In this document: in pieces, positions 51,323 through 61,020 of the stretch
How the letters are laid out: the number at the start of each line of letters is the position of its first letter
Numbering within the stretch: the stretch's first letter is position 1
Origin: Klebsormidium nitens
Lineage: Eukaryota; Plantae; Klebsormidiophyceae
Direction of reading: 5' to 3'
DNA length: 64,000 bases
Assembly (NCBI GenBank): GCA_000708835.1
Contig: DF237077.1
Location: 117,605 to 181,604 of the forward strand
Program-made: the position numbers and the translations under genes
Notes under the pieces: model-generated
Database searches by the model: none
What the model saw: the letters and a program-made list of their open reading frames with translations, nothing else
Told to the model about the DNA's origin: nothing

Positions 51323-54300
51323 ATGCTTCCAACAGTTCTTGGGTCGAACGTTTACATTCTCTCGCAGCTTTTAGACAGGTCGAACAACGTCGTGATCGAT
51401 AGCAACAGCAAAATCGATTGGGCATCTCTTAAAAACATTCCAGAATCAGACGAAGGACTCGACATTTTCAATCTGGCTCAGAGCGCTTTCGATCTAGCTT
51501 CTTTAAGCTATGATTTGTACAATGCACTTAAAGAACTTGTCAGTCCAACGCCCGCTTTACCCGATGAGATAACCGATCCTTTAAAAGACCTGCTTGGAGA
51601 CTCAAATGATACTTCATCTAACGCCATAAATGTAGCTTGGGATCGTGTATTTCGCCGTCCTCTTGCCGCTTCTAACTATTCTATTGGAGTTAAGTATGAC
51701 CTGTACCTTTCTGACTTGTCTAAGGTGTATAAAATCCCTTCTGGTGGCTTTTCGACTAACAACGGATCACTTTACAAGACGACTTCTGGGTCTAATTTGC
51801 TGATTGACATGACGACAAAAACGCTTTACCCTCAAGCGATTAGTATGGGCAGCAATCAATTATCCACCTCGAGCGCCCAATTTGGTCCAGTAATCATGGG
51901 AAGTTCTGGAATTTCAACTTCTTGCAATGTTTCTCCGAACATCGCAAGTGCAATGATAGCACCAAGCATAACAATAAACAGCAATGTCTCAGCCCAATTC
52001 ATCTCCGCCTGTAATATCACTAATCAGATTTATTCCTCTAACGGATCGAACGCAGGTGCTCCTCTTTCCTTAAGTAGTTCGTGCAATCTCAATCTGACCT
52101 CTTCCAATTACCTTCTTCGGATGACTACAAGCAATCTAAATATTAGTCAGAGCAACCTCACCTGGATTCAGCAGTCCTCGAATCCGAACCCATTTCAAAC
52201 GCCGTATGCCACCACAGGCGTTTCTTTTAATAGTTCAAATATCGTGCTCAAGAATCTGCAAAGTAATCAGACGACGCTCTTCATTCAAGACCCTGCCTCC
52301 TTCAAAATGCTCTTTTCCACTTCCAATGGTTCGAATGTGACCAACAGTACAATCCTCTTTGATTCCAACCAAGGAGTCAGCGGGATATCAAATCTACTTC
52401 TTAACGGCGACGTCCTAAACCCTGCTCTCTATACTTCGTGCAATAGCCTCGTGGTAACCAGCAACATCTTCTCTGGGGGTTACATCCTCGCCAACGGAGA
52501 TCTGGCTTGCTCCAACGTGGTTCGAACCGGTTGGATACAGCTAGGTAACTCACTGCCGATCAATAAGACGACATATGCTGAAGGACTGTATTCCAGGTCT
52601 GCAAAGCTCATCATTGATCAGGATGGTGATGGTGCATTCTCTAACATGAGTCTTGCCGGAACCTTATCTGTGTCGAATACATTCTCGTGCCAGTCGAACG
52701 TAGTGGTGGTAGGCTCTCTGACGGCTCCTGTTCTGACTGCTTTGAGCAACAGCATAAACGGGGTAAGCAATCAAGTAATCTCGCTATGTAACTCGTTGTC
52801 GAATTATACGCTTCTAACAGCCATATTTAGTCTATCCAACGACATTTATGCAAAGAACGCCAGCAATATTGCTAGCCTGACAGCTTATTCAAATGCGGTT
52901 ACGCCTGTCGTAACATCTACCTCGAACACTCAGTACACCATTTCGAACTTCCTTTACCGCTACACCCCGAGCAATGACGCAAACATTACGAGCTTGTCAA
53001 ATACTTGCATCTATAACTCCAACCTTAATGTCTATAATTCTAATCTGGGTATCTACAATTCCAATCTCAACATCTTCAACTCAAACAGCATAATAGCCGC
53101 ATCCAATCAGAGCTACTCAAATTACTTCTATAGCTCCAACCTGGGGATCTACAATTCCAATCTCAACATCTTTAACTCAAACAGCATAATAGCCGCATCC
53201 AATCAGAGCTACTCAAATCATTTCTACAACTCCAATTTAGGCATTTACAACTCGAACCTGAACATCTTTAACTCAAACAGCATAATAGCCGCATCCAATC
53301 AAAGCTACTCAAATTTCTTCTACAGCTCCAACCTAGGGATCTATGATTCAAATCTTGCCAATTCCAATCTTGCACGAATAATCTGGACGAGCAATAATGC
53401 TGTATTTGGTTGTAACTGTGCGGTTTATAGTAGCAACTCACTCTCGTCACTAGCCACCACCGCGACTGTCGCCGTTCTCTCGAATACCTTCAGCAATTAT
53501 CGTGCAAAGTCTGCAACCGTTCCTTGGACTGAGGTGTCTGGCAAGCCAGACTTTAGCTCAGACGGGGCTGGGAATGACTCGCTGGGAGCTGCTGGTGTTA
53601 CGATCGGCTCCGCGGGTCTTCTTATGTCTGGATATAATTTGTTAGACAAGAACGGAAAGCTAACAAATGCACTGAGCGATGCTCTCGGAAAGATGACCAT
53701 CGATCCGACGGGTTACTTCAAGTTGAATGACCCTGGTTCATACATAGATATTGGTGACTCTACTACGAGAGTGTCCAAAGATAGGCTACTATTTAAGACT
53801 GGAACTTTCAGTAATATGATTCTGAATCCTGCGAATCTGTCCTACTCCAATGGAATCTTTAGTTTGTGCAACCAGATCTCCCTAACGGCAACTTCCATCT
53901 CAAACTTGACCCACGTAAGCGTTTCTTCCAATCTGGTCGTAGGCGGGACGCTTTCTAACTCTGGCAACGTCTCATTATCTTCAAATCTTACCGTTGCTGG
54001 TGCAACCACAGTCACGGGGGGTCTCAGTATCACCAGTAATATGATCATTACTAGTGGGATTTCGTCGTCGCTTTACACTCCTAACCTCAATTCAAATTCT
54101 TATCATCTTCTAAATATTGGAGTTAATACATTATCAAATAACAATACGTCTTGGCTCGGGTTTAATTACTATAGTAATGCAAGTCCTAGTAATTACGGGG
54201 CAATCGGTATGTGGGGACAACCGCTCGGTTCTGGATCATTCAATTGTATGGGAAATGGTCGGTTTGGTGTCTGTACGACCACCCCTGCTGCTACTCTCGA

Positions 54301-56464
54301 CGTCAATGGAAGTCTTAAAGTGTCCACTGATGCAACAATTTTGGGAACACTTACCGCTACCTTACCTTTCACAAGTATCACAAGTCTCCCCGTTCTTCTA
54401 TCCAATACTAGCACTCTACCTTTTACAAGTATCACAAGTCTTCCTGTTCTTCTATCCAATACTAGCACTCTACCTTTTACCAGTATCACAAGTCTCCCCG
54501 TTCTTCTGTCTAATACCAGCACTCTACCTTTCACGAGCATAACCAGTCTTCCTATATTACTCTCAAACACCTCGACCTTACCTTTCACGAGCCTTACCTC
54601 AACGCCCTTCTTACTCTCAAACACAAGCCCTCAGGTTCTGTATGGTTCAAATACCTCTTACTGGGCAAGTAATCAACTGTCAACGCTTGCAACTACATCC
54701 TCTTATCAATACACGTCGAACCAAGCCACATGGGCGTCGAATGCTTTGCAATCCAATATCAATAACGCGAGTTTTTCATCGAACGTGGTCATTGGAGGAA
54801 TTCTAAACGTACCTACTATCATTTCTACGACTCACTCCAACAATGGAAATTTCACCATGAAGAACTCTGCAGATGGAAGCATGTCGGGGGCTCATCTCTG
54901 GTATTACGCTCAAGCAGATAGCTACCCGCTCTTCCAGCAACTGAACTGGCAGCACGATAACATTAGCCATAATTTTGATGCATTCTATAACAGCGGATGG
55001 TTCGCAGGGTCTTGCAACGCTTCATATCAAATCTATAAGGTCAACGGCTCTCTCAACTTCAACTATGCGAAGACTTTACAGGGTTCAGCAATCGCGTGGT
55101 CTACAGCTATGTCAATCAACAGCAACGGCAACATAGGAATCAAAACGTCCACCCCTGGATACCCTCTCGAGATAAATGGGACATGTGTGGCGTCCACGTT
55201 TGCTGGTAGCTTGTCGTACGGGTATTTGACTAGCGTACCTGCAGTCATAAGTAATACTTCGCCAGCATTCACGTTCACTAGCAATGCGGCAACCTCCGCG
55301 TCCAACTCGGTAAACGGGGCAATCACTTGTACCAGCATTGCAAGTACTGGAAACTTCACAACTGGTGGAACGGCAACCATCTCTGGAGCGATATCCTGCT
55401 CAAATGTGCAGGTAGTTGGTCTAAGTAACCCAAGATGTCAAATTTTGTGGAATCCTGGTGCTGGGTCGTTCGGACAACTTTGTTTCGGGTATTCGAATAC
55501 GGCGTATCCAACCTCTTCTAGTTGTAGACTGCTCGTCAATGATAATAACAACTTTAGTGGTGATTTTTACGTTCAACAGAGAGCACCAGGGAGCGATTCA
55601 GCAATTATGAACACACCCTTTAGTATCATAGCATCAACTGGTAATGTAGGAATCAACAATGCTGTTCCAGGTTCTAAATTAGACGTCTCGGGAAACATTA
55701 ACTGTTCGTCTTTCACTACAAACGGCAGCCTTACAGCATGCAACAGTGTCTTATCAAATCTTACCGTCAACGGAATCGTCCAATCAACGTTGAACTTCCC
55801 TGCAACAGATCTTGGATTTTTCGCAAAGTCTCAATATGGCTCGTTGGACGTGTACGGATACGGACAGTTCGTGGGTGGTTGTACTCGCTCTGTGATTTCG
55901 GGATCGTACTCTTCTGCTACGTTCAAAGTATGTAAACCATTTAACACTGCTTTCACATCCTGGACTGATTTGTCGAGCGTCGATTACAATGGAAACACTG
56001 GAGCAACTGGTACTATAAGTGGGACGAATTTCAACTCCAATTCTGCAAGCATTACCAGTAATCAAATCAAGATCGGGTATAACGCCGTCTCAGCACCCTC
56101 AGGAACAGCTCTTGGGTCTGGAATGTACCACATCTCTTCAGCTGGATGGGCATCATTCTCTTCGCCAGCGACTTTTTACCCTGTATGCAATACGGGTCAG
56201 GACAACTGGGCTGGTGAAATTACCATAGTAGTAAAGAACACATCAGCAACGACCAACTTCAGTCAGTTGGGGGTAATGACGGCGACGTTGTCCAAGGCGT
56301 GGGGCGGTTTCATAACTCCTATAATGTCGACATCTAACTTGTACAATCTTGGTGTTTTCACACTTAGCGGAACGGGGGGTACTGGCGGAAATGCACTGCA
56401 GATGTCATGCAGTTTACCAACATCTAACTTGCAGTATTCCTGGGAAGTAAACGGTGCATACTAA
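51323..56464 (+). CDS. Large Asn/Ser/Thr-rich fibre/spike-like virion protein (1713 aa)
   Basis: Contains 32-aa and 18-aa internal repeats, three G-x-x-G-[IV]-x-x-x-x-P-x-x-x-L-[DE]-[IV]-x-G modules typical of viral fibre proteins, and a VPWTEVSGKP tail-fibre-like motif. Confidence 0.7.
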   Translation: MLPTVLGSNVYILSQLLDRSNNVVIDSNSKIDWASLKNIPESDEGLDIFNLAQSAFDLASLSYDLYNALKELVSPTPALPDEITDPLKDLLGDSNDTSSNAINVAWDRVFRRPLAASNYSIGVKYDLYLSDLSKVYKIPSGGFSTNNGSLYKTTSGSNLLIDMTTKTLYPQAISMGSNQLSTSSAQFGPVIMGSSGISTSCNVSPNIASAMIAPSITINSNVSAQFISACNITNQIYSSNGSNAGAPLSLSSSCNLNLTSSNYLLRMTTSNLNISQSNLTWIQQSSNPNPFQTPYATTGVSFNSSNIVLKNLQSNQTTLFIQDPASFKMLFSTSNGSNVTNSTILFDSNQGVSGISNLLLNGDVLNPALYTSCNSLVVTSNIFSGGYILANGDLACSNVVRTGWIQLGNSLPINKTTYAEGLYSRSAKLIIDQDGDGAFSNMSLAGTLSVSNTFSCQSNVVVVGSLTAPVLTALSNSINGVSNQVISLCNSLSNYTLLTAIFSLSNDIYAKNASNIASLTAYSNAVTPVVTSTSNTQYTISNFLYRYTPSNDANITSLSNTCIYNSNLNVYNSNLGIYNSNLNIFNSNSIIAASNQSYSNYFYSSNLGIYNSNLNIFNSNSIIAASNQSYSNHFYNSNLGIYNSNLNIFNSNSIIAASNQSYSNFFYSSNLGIYDSNLANSNLARIIWTSNNAVFGCNCAVYSSNSLSSLATTATVAVLSNTFSNYRAKSATVPWTEVSGKPDFSSDGAGNDSLGAAGVTIGSAGLLMSGYNLLDKNGKLTNALSDALGKMTIDPTGYFKLNDPGSYIDIGDSTTRVSKDRLLFKTGTFSNMILNPANLSYSNGIFSLCNQISLTATSISNLTHVSVSSNLVVGGTLSNSGNVSLSSNLTVAGATTVTGGLSITSNMIITSGISSSLYTPNLNSNSYHLLNIGVNTLSNNNTSWLGFNYYSNASPSNYGAIGMWGQPLGSGSFNCMGNGRFGVCTTTPAATLDVNGSLKVSTDATILGTLTATLPFTSITSLPVLLSNTSTLPFTSITSLPVLLSNTSTLPFTSITSLPVLLSNTSTLPFTSITSLPILLSNTSTLPFTSLTSTPFLLSNTSPQVLYGSNTSYWASNQLSTLATTSSYQYTSNQATWASNALQSNINNASFSSNVVIGGILNVPTIISTTHSNNGNFTMKNSADGSMSGAHLWYYAQADSYPLFQQLNWQHDNISHNFDAFYNSGWFAGSCNASYQIYKVNGSLNFNYAKTLQGSAIAWSTAMSINSNGNIGIKTSTPGYPLEINGTCVASTFAGSLSYGYLTSVPAVISNTSPAFTFTSNAATSASNSVNGAITCTSIASTGNFTTGGTATISGAISCSNVQVVGLSNPRCQILWNPGAGSFGQLCFGYSNTAYPTSSSCRLLVNDNNNFSGDFYVQQRAPGSDSAIMNTPFSIIASTGNVGINNAVPGSKLDVSGNINCSSFTTNGSLTACNSVLSNLTVNGIVQSTLNFPATDLGFFAKSQYGSLDVYGYGQFVGGCTRSVISGSYSSATFKVCKPFNTAFTSWTDLSSVDYNGNTGATGTISGTNFNSNSASITSNQIKIGYNAVSAPSGTALGSGMYHISSAGWASFSSPATFYPVCNTGQDNWAGEITIVVKNTSATTNFSQLGVMTATLSKAWGGFITPIMSTSNLYNLGVFTLSGTGGTGGNALQMSCSLPTSNLQYSWEVNGAY
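53040..53345 (+). repeat. In-frame 96-bp (32-aa) tandem repeat x3 within the fibre gene
   Basis: Unit NSNLGIYNSNLNIFNSNSIIAASNQSYSNxFY. Confidence 0.95.
54362..54631 (+). repeat. In-frame 54-bp (18-aa) tandem repeat x5 within the fibre gene
   Basis: Unit LPFTSITSLPVLLSNTST. Copies differ mostly at synonymous positions. Confidence 0.95.
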
Positions 56465-56490
56465 ATCGTAAAAAATCTCAACTTACCTTA

Positions 56491-57048
56491 ATGATACCCT
56501 CAAAGGAAGAGTGTTGCGTCGAGTGTCAGGATCACAACCCTTTCTTTAAAGTCGGTGGAGGTGTAGTCGGAAAGTTCGCCTACACGAGAGAGACGCCCTT
56601 CATTTAGCCTTTTGAAAGCATCGAGAGCCCTTGGGCGGACTTTATCAAAGCCGACAGCATGGAGACGAACATCAAGAAACTCCTGAAGTTGGCGCAGAAG
56701 TATCGGAAGGAGACCGCGGAAGAGAAAAAGAAAGAGGAAGAAGCGGAGAATGCTGAGCAAGAGCAGGTGAAGGACAAGGAGAAGCCGAAAGAGAAATCTA
56801 AGGAGAAATCTGCAGATAAAGAAAAGGACAAGGAGAAGCAGGAGTTGTCACTTTCTAGAACTGCGTTCCTTGCCTTAAAAGATGAATGGAATTCGTTATT
56901 CAGAGAGGGTAACAAGAAAGACAAAAACGCGATCCTAGTTTTAGCATCCAAATTAGGTGTAACCAATCAGAAAGGAAGAGGGTATGCGATCGTTGATAAG
57001 AATCTTATGGGGCAACTCAATAAAATCTTCAAGACTTCGTACAACTAG
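56491..57048 (+). pseudogene. Lys/Glu-rich viral protein; 185-codon frame interrupted by one TAG (56605-56607)
   Basis: ATG 56491 (in TAATG context) is in frame with the listed ORF 56659-57048. It reads MIPSKEECCVECQDHNPFF...ETPFI*PFESIESPWADFIKADSMETNIKK.... Confidence 0.55.
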
Positions 57049-57088
57049 GTCAACGCCTAAATAAATATCTACAATCAATTTATAAAAC

Positions 57089-58404
57089 ATGTCGTATCCC
57101 TCTGTCCTTAAATACTATCTTGAAAAGCTCGACAACGTTTCTAGGAATACTTTCCTCCTTTATCCCCAGACCCCCGTTCAGGCGAATGCTGGAGATACGA
57201 TTTCCATCACCCTACCTGAGAACAGCATCGTGAATCTGGATGCATTCACGCTGTACGCTAACTTATTCATTGGAACTGGTACCCAACCTCCAAGGAACGT
57301 CGAGTCTCTAATCGATCAAGTGACGGTACTTGTCAATGGAATTCAAGTGGGTCCTGGTTCTCAGATGACCAACTTCCTTTCAACCGCTCTTATTGATTTC
57401 TATGGTTCTGACAAACAGACACAGAGAACCCTACTTCAGCTCGGCGCAGATGCTGCTACTCCTGTACAAGGTGCGGCAGGTTTTGGATTTATTGATGGAG
57501 CCAACAAGGGTGTGCCCATCGCTATCTCTCACTTCCTTGGATTCTTGTCTAGCGCCCAGCCTCGCTATCTGGACACGAGCATCCTAGGGAGCGTACGCCT
57601 ACAGATCAAACTGGCAGGCACAAACGTTCTGCTGGCAGCAACCGGTGCTATAAAGAGCTGGGGTCTTAACACCATTCAAGCTCTTTGCCAGGTGATAAGC
57701 ATTGACGACGGCTCTTACTCACAGATTGTCCAGCAAAGGCTGAGCAACGGTGGTGTGAAAATTCCGTTTAAGTATTACCAGACTTTCCAGGGAAATGTTG
57801 GAATTGCTGGGCAGAATCTGAGGATGAACGTGAGCTCTCAATCGGTGGACGGAGTATGGGCTACATTCCAACAAGCTGCGTCTGATGGCACTGCATATAC
57901 TGCGAACGGGTACGACTCTCAGTTGAGGACAAGCACGTACTTCACCAGGTGCGCTACTAACATGGTTGACTCTGTTTTCAGCGTTAACGGTGTTAGATTC
58001 CCGTCTATTCCTCTAACACCTGCGCAGATCTGGAACGAAAACATGCACAACATGGGACTTTCCTGCGACATGGTTGGACAGATGGACAAATCTTTCATAA
58101 ATACGGTCGTAACCGCTCCATCTCAGCTTACAACTGGTAATTATACTTACACCCCAGGTTCGGTTGTTCCTGTGCCTGGAATTGACAAGTTCCAGAGCAA
58201 CGCTTTCTTCCACTACTTCAAGTTTAATGTCGACAACGACGAAGGAACGTCTAGGCTCAGCTCTGGGCTTGACACACGCGGGTCTGCATCACCATCACCT
58301 GGCAGACGACTGGTAACTCAGGCACACTCCTTCCAGTTTGCTTTGTTGAGTGCACAGGTATCATGGAGGTGGGTCCTAACAGACAGGTCTCGGTGGTTTG
58401 GTAG
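57089..58404 (+). CDS. Double jelly-roll major capsid protein, PLV type (PgVV/Gezel-like group); -1 frameshift near 58283-58290
   Basis: N-terminus YPSVLKYYLEKLDNVSRNTFLLYPQT..AGDTISITLPENSIVNLDAFTL and internal PRNVESLIDQVTVLVNG resemble this MCP group. The group-like C-terminus TITWQTTG..PVCFVECTGIMEVGPNRQVSVVW* is encoded in the -1 frame (58291-58404). Confidence 0.88.
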
Positions 58405-58441
58405 GCAGATTGATTTTTATTGTTACTCTATTGTATAAAGA

Positions 58442-58852
58442 ATGGCAGTTGCGTTCAGAACACCTTTAGCTAACATGTTTCCCGAGAAGCTGAAGCCTAA
58501 TGAGCAGCCTTATACGGCTCCAAAGGACAACCGTTCGTTATCGAAAGTGGTTCGCATGCCAGTGGAAGCGGACTACGACGAGCTTGCACAGCCTGAGGAC
58601 AAGCTGGCTTGGAACCTTCCATGCAAAGCCGACTTGTACGGCAATTCTCTTACCATGATAGATCACAAGAAGATTACTCCACCTGCAAACAAGATAGGCT
58701 ACAAGGAGCTTCCTAACCTGAGCCTTCCCGACCTGACGCAGACCAACGTAAGTGGATTTACCTGCTTAACGGGTACGACTGCTGCTCAGCGTGGTGAGAA
58801 GCTGATTGTCAACGTTTCGCCCGTGGAGAAGCGCTGGAATACCCAGATCTAA
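58442..58852 (+). CDS. Viral hypothetical protein (136 aa), immediately downstream of MCP
   Basis: Clean ORF preceded by TATAAAGA-ATG. Confidence 0.65.
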   Translation: MAVAFRTPLANMFPEKLKPNEQPYTAPKDNRSLSKVVRMPVEADYDELAQPEDKLAWNLPCKADLYGNSLTMIDHKKITPPANKIGYKELPNLSLPDLTQTNVSGFTCLTGTTAAQRGEKLIVNVSPVEKRWNTQI

Positions 58853-58944
58853 TTCTATATATTCACCCTTCAGAAGCTGCGATGTACGTTTCCTGCAAGA
58901 GAGAACAGTTAATACAGTCAATTCTTTTTCTTTACGTTCAGTAA

Positions 58945-59559
58945 ATGTCTGACACTTCTATAGAGCCAATCGAAGAGGTTGCGGAAACCGTCGAGGAAAC
59001 CGTGGAAACTCCCGCCGCACCTTCAAGCGGTAAGCAAAAGAAGCCTTGCAGCCCCGAAAAACTGAAGCAAATGGCTCTTATGCGGGAGAAAGCGGCACTC
59101 AAAAAGCAAGCAATGAAGGAACTTACGGAGAAAGAAAAAACACTCAAGCAAAAAACTTTTGAAGAACGAGTCAAGAAGGTGCAAGCGCTAGAAAAGTCCT
59201 TCAAACCTGAGCCAAAAGCAGTCGAGCCAGAGCCTGAGGAAGAGCCAGAAGAGGAGATCGTGGAGGTGGTCAAGGTCAAGAAGGCAAAAAAGCCCGCCAA
59301 GAAGGTGAAGAAGGTGGTCTACGAGTCTGATTCAGATGCGTCCGCCTCCTCCGAGAGTGATGACGACCACTACCAGCGCAAGCAAAAAAGAAGGTTTAAG
59401 AAGAGCGTGAGGAAGGAGGTTGCGAAGGAGGTTGCAAAGCTAACGGCTGCAAGACCAACCCAACGAGACATGATGCATGTCGCTGCTCGAGATGAACTTA
59501 ACTCAAAGGTTTCGAAGGCGGTTCGCGAGCTAGCGATGCGCTCGGTGTTTCCTGAATAG
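58945..59559 (+). CDS. Viral charged (Glu/Lys-rich) coiled-coil protein, 204 aa
   Basis: TAAATG start. The KKPCSPEKLKQMALMREKA segment resembles a motif common in PLV/virophage hypothetical proteins. Its 3' end overlaps the convergent ATPase. Confidence 0.7.
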   Translation: MSDTSIEPIEEVAETVEETVETPAAPSSGKQKKPCSPEKLKQMALMREKAALKKQAMKELTEKEKTLKQKTFEERVKKVQALEKSFKPEPKAVEPEPEEEPEEEIVEVVKVKKAKKPAKKVKKVVYESDSDASASSESDDDHYQRKQKRRFKKSVRKEVAKEVAKLTAARPTQRDMMHVAARDELNSKVSKAVRELAMRSVFPE

Positions 59560-60427
59560 TTTCGAGAAGGATCTGGTTATCCCAGCATTGTCTAAACATC
59601 CTGTTTCGATCCTTTGAATCGTAATCCACAAACAGAAAGTCGTGAGGCTTCTGACAGGCTTGCGTCCATGCTTCTAACACCTCTTCGGGGGTTGCTTTAG
59701 ACGCCAGCTCTTCGGCGATCGACTCCTTGAGCTTATCACTTTTCGTATCAAAAAGTATCCAACAGGACACGTTTCCACGGACACCTTTGGGTATACCGTT
59801 CGTTAAAACCTGACTTGCCATAACCACCGTGCAAGAGTGATGGCGATGCAGCAAGATATAGTTGACAAAAGCCCCGCGCATAGTCGGGCTAAACATTTTC
59901 TTGTCTGCAACACAATCGTCCACCACCACACAGAAGGAAGGAAAGCCCCACTTATAGATCGTCTTCGGTGCTTCAAAGTCCAGACCGTAGAGCAATGCGA
60001 TGTCATCATTGCTTAGCGAATCTATGTTCTTGCACTTTAAGAATCGCTTCCAGGCTTCCAATTCCTTTAAGCACTTTTTATATTTATCGACCTCGTGAAC
60101 CATGTAAGCCATGATGTCTTTAAAGCCATCCTCTGTGTACCCTGGAATCACTTCGATCGTAAAGTTTCGAGGCTCCTCTGTCAAGCAAGCAGTCTTAGGG
60201 TCTCGCGTAAAAGTTGGAGAGATGACGACCACCTTGTCATACGACTTGGCTGCGTCATACATAAGAAGCCACTCGCAGATTCTTGTTGTCTTCCCCTGAC
60301 CCCGGCTGCCAACGAGTGCCACCAGCGGGTGCAGGGAAGGCATGTACTCAGGCACTTTACGGTCACCATAGGGCAGCTTGTTGTTCTTGATGTCAACCTT
60401 AGAGATTGGAAGGCGTTCTGTCTTCAT
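59498..60427 (-). CDS. A32/FtsK-HerA-like DNA packaging ATPase
   Basis: Walker A LVALVGSRGQGKTT, VVVISPT, Walker B CVVVDD, LLHRHHSCTVVMASQ (Arg finger and conserved Gln), and KPHDFLFVD..RMFRQCWD tail. Confidence 0.93.
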   Translation of the reverse strand: MKTERLPISKVDIKNNKLPYGDRKVPEYMPSLHPLVALVGSRGQGKTTRICEWLLMYDAAKSYDKVVVISPTFTRDPKTACLTEEPRNFTIEVIPGYTEDGFKDIMAYMVHEVDKYKKCLKELEAWKRFLKCKNIDSLSNDDIALLYGLDFEAPKTIYKWGFPSFCVVVDDCVADKKMFSPTMRGAFVNYILLHRHHSCTVVMASQVLTNGIPKGVRGNVSCWILFDTKSDKLKESIAEELASKATPEEVLEAWTQACQKPHDFLFVDYDSKDRNRMFRQCWDNQILLETIQETPSASLAREPPSKPLS

Positions 60428-60452
60428 GATTTATTATATTAGAACATATAAA

Positions 60453-60773
60453 ATGATCTCAGACAAAGTTAGGGAAGAATGGATTAGCGGCATGTGCCGG
60501 GATCACCCTAAACTTCCTAGGTTTATGGTTGAGCATCTTGCCGATGCCTACGCTGTAGATGATGGTGACTGGTGTCGAGAGAATAAGAAGAAAGAAGAGA
60601 AGTTTATACGAAAGCAGGCAAAAAAAGGGAAGGGCAAACTCACCGAGGCGGCAGCAGAGCAAGACCCGGAAAAATTCAAGATTATGGGTGCGATCGAGGT
60701 GGAGGCAGCACCTGAGGAGGATGTAACTGATGGCTTCGAAAAGGTGACGATCGAGGAGATCACTGAAGATTAA
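60453..60773 (+). CDS. Viral hypothetical protein (106 aa)
   Basis: ATG preceded by TATAAA, only 25 nt from the divergent ATPase start codon. Confidence 0.65.
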   Translation: MISDKVREEWISGMCRDHPKLPRFMVEHLADAYAVDDGDWCRENKKKEEKFIRKQAKKGKGKLTEAAAEQDPEKFKIMGAIEVEAAPEEDVTDGFEKVTIEEITED

Positions 60774-61020
60774 AATGTCACTTTAGGTTTCCTTCTTTTT
60801 CTGCTCTCAATGAGCTCGACTTCAGCCTAGTGACGGTATAAACCTGCAAACGCTACTGGTACATTTCCAAACGCGGAAAAGCTGGCCAACTAGGCTGATA
60901 GTCGAGCATCATTAGCTCCCTACAGGGAACCCATGTTCTCTATAACCCATCCTATTAGGTGAGGAAAGGTTCGGAAAACGTAGTTTTCTGAAGAAGATTA
61001 AAATGTGATATTAACTTAAA

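Noticed and set aside
53040-54631. 96-bp and 54-bp direct repeats as a possible CRISPR array
   Set aside because: They are contiguous in-frame coding repeats with synonymous variation and no unique spacers or cas genes, in a eukaryotic and viral context.
58292-58438. ORF-track C-terminus of the MCP (SPSPGRRL...CYSIV)
   Set aside because: The -1 frame gives the family-like ending and a normal intergenic spacer, so this tail is a frameshift artefact.
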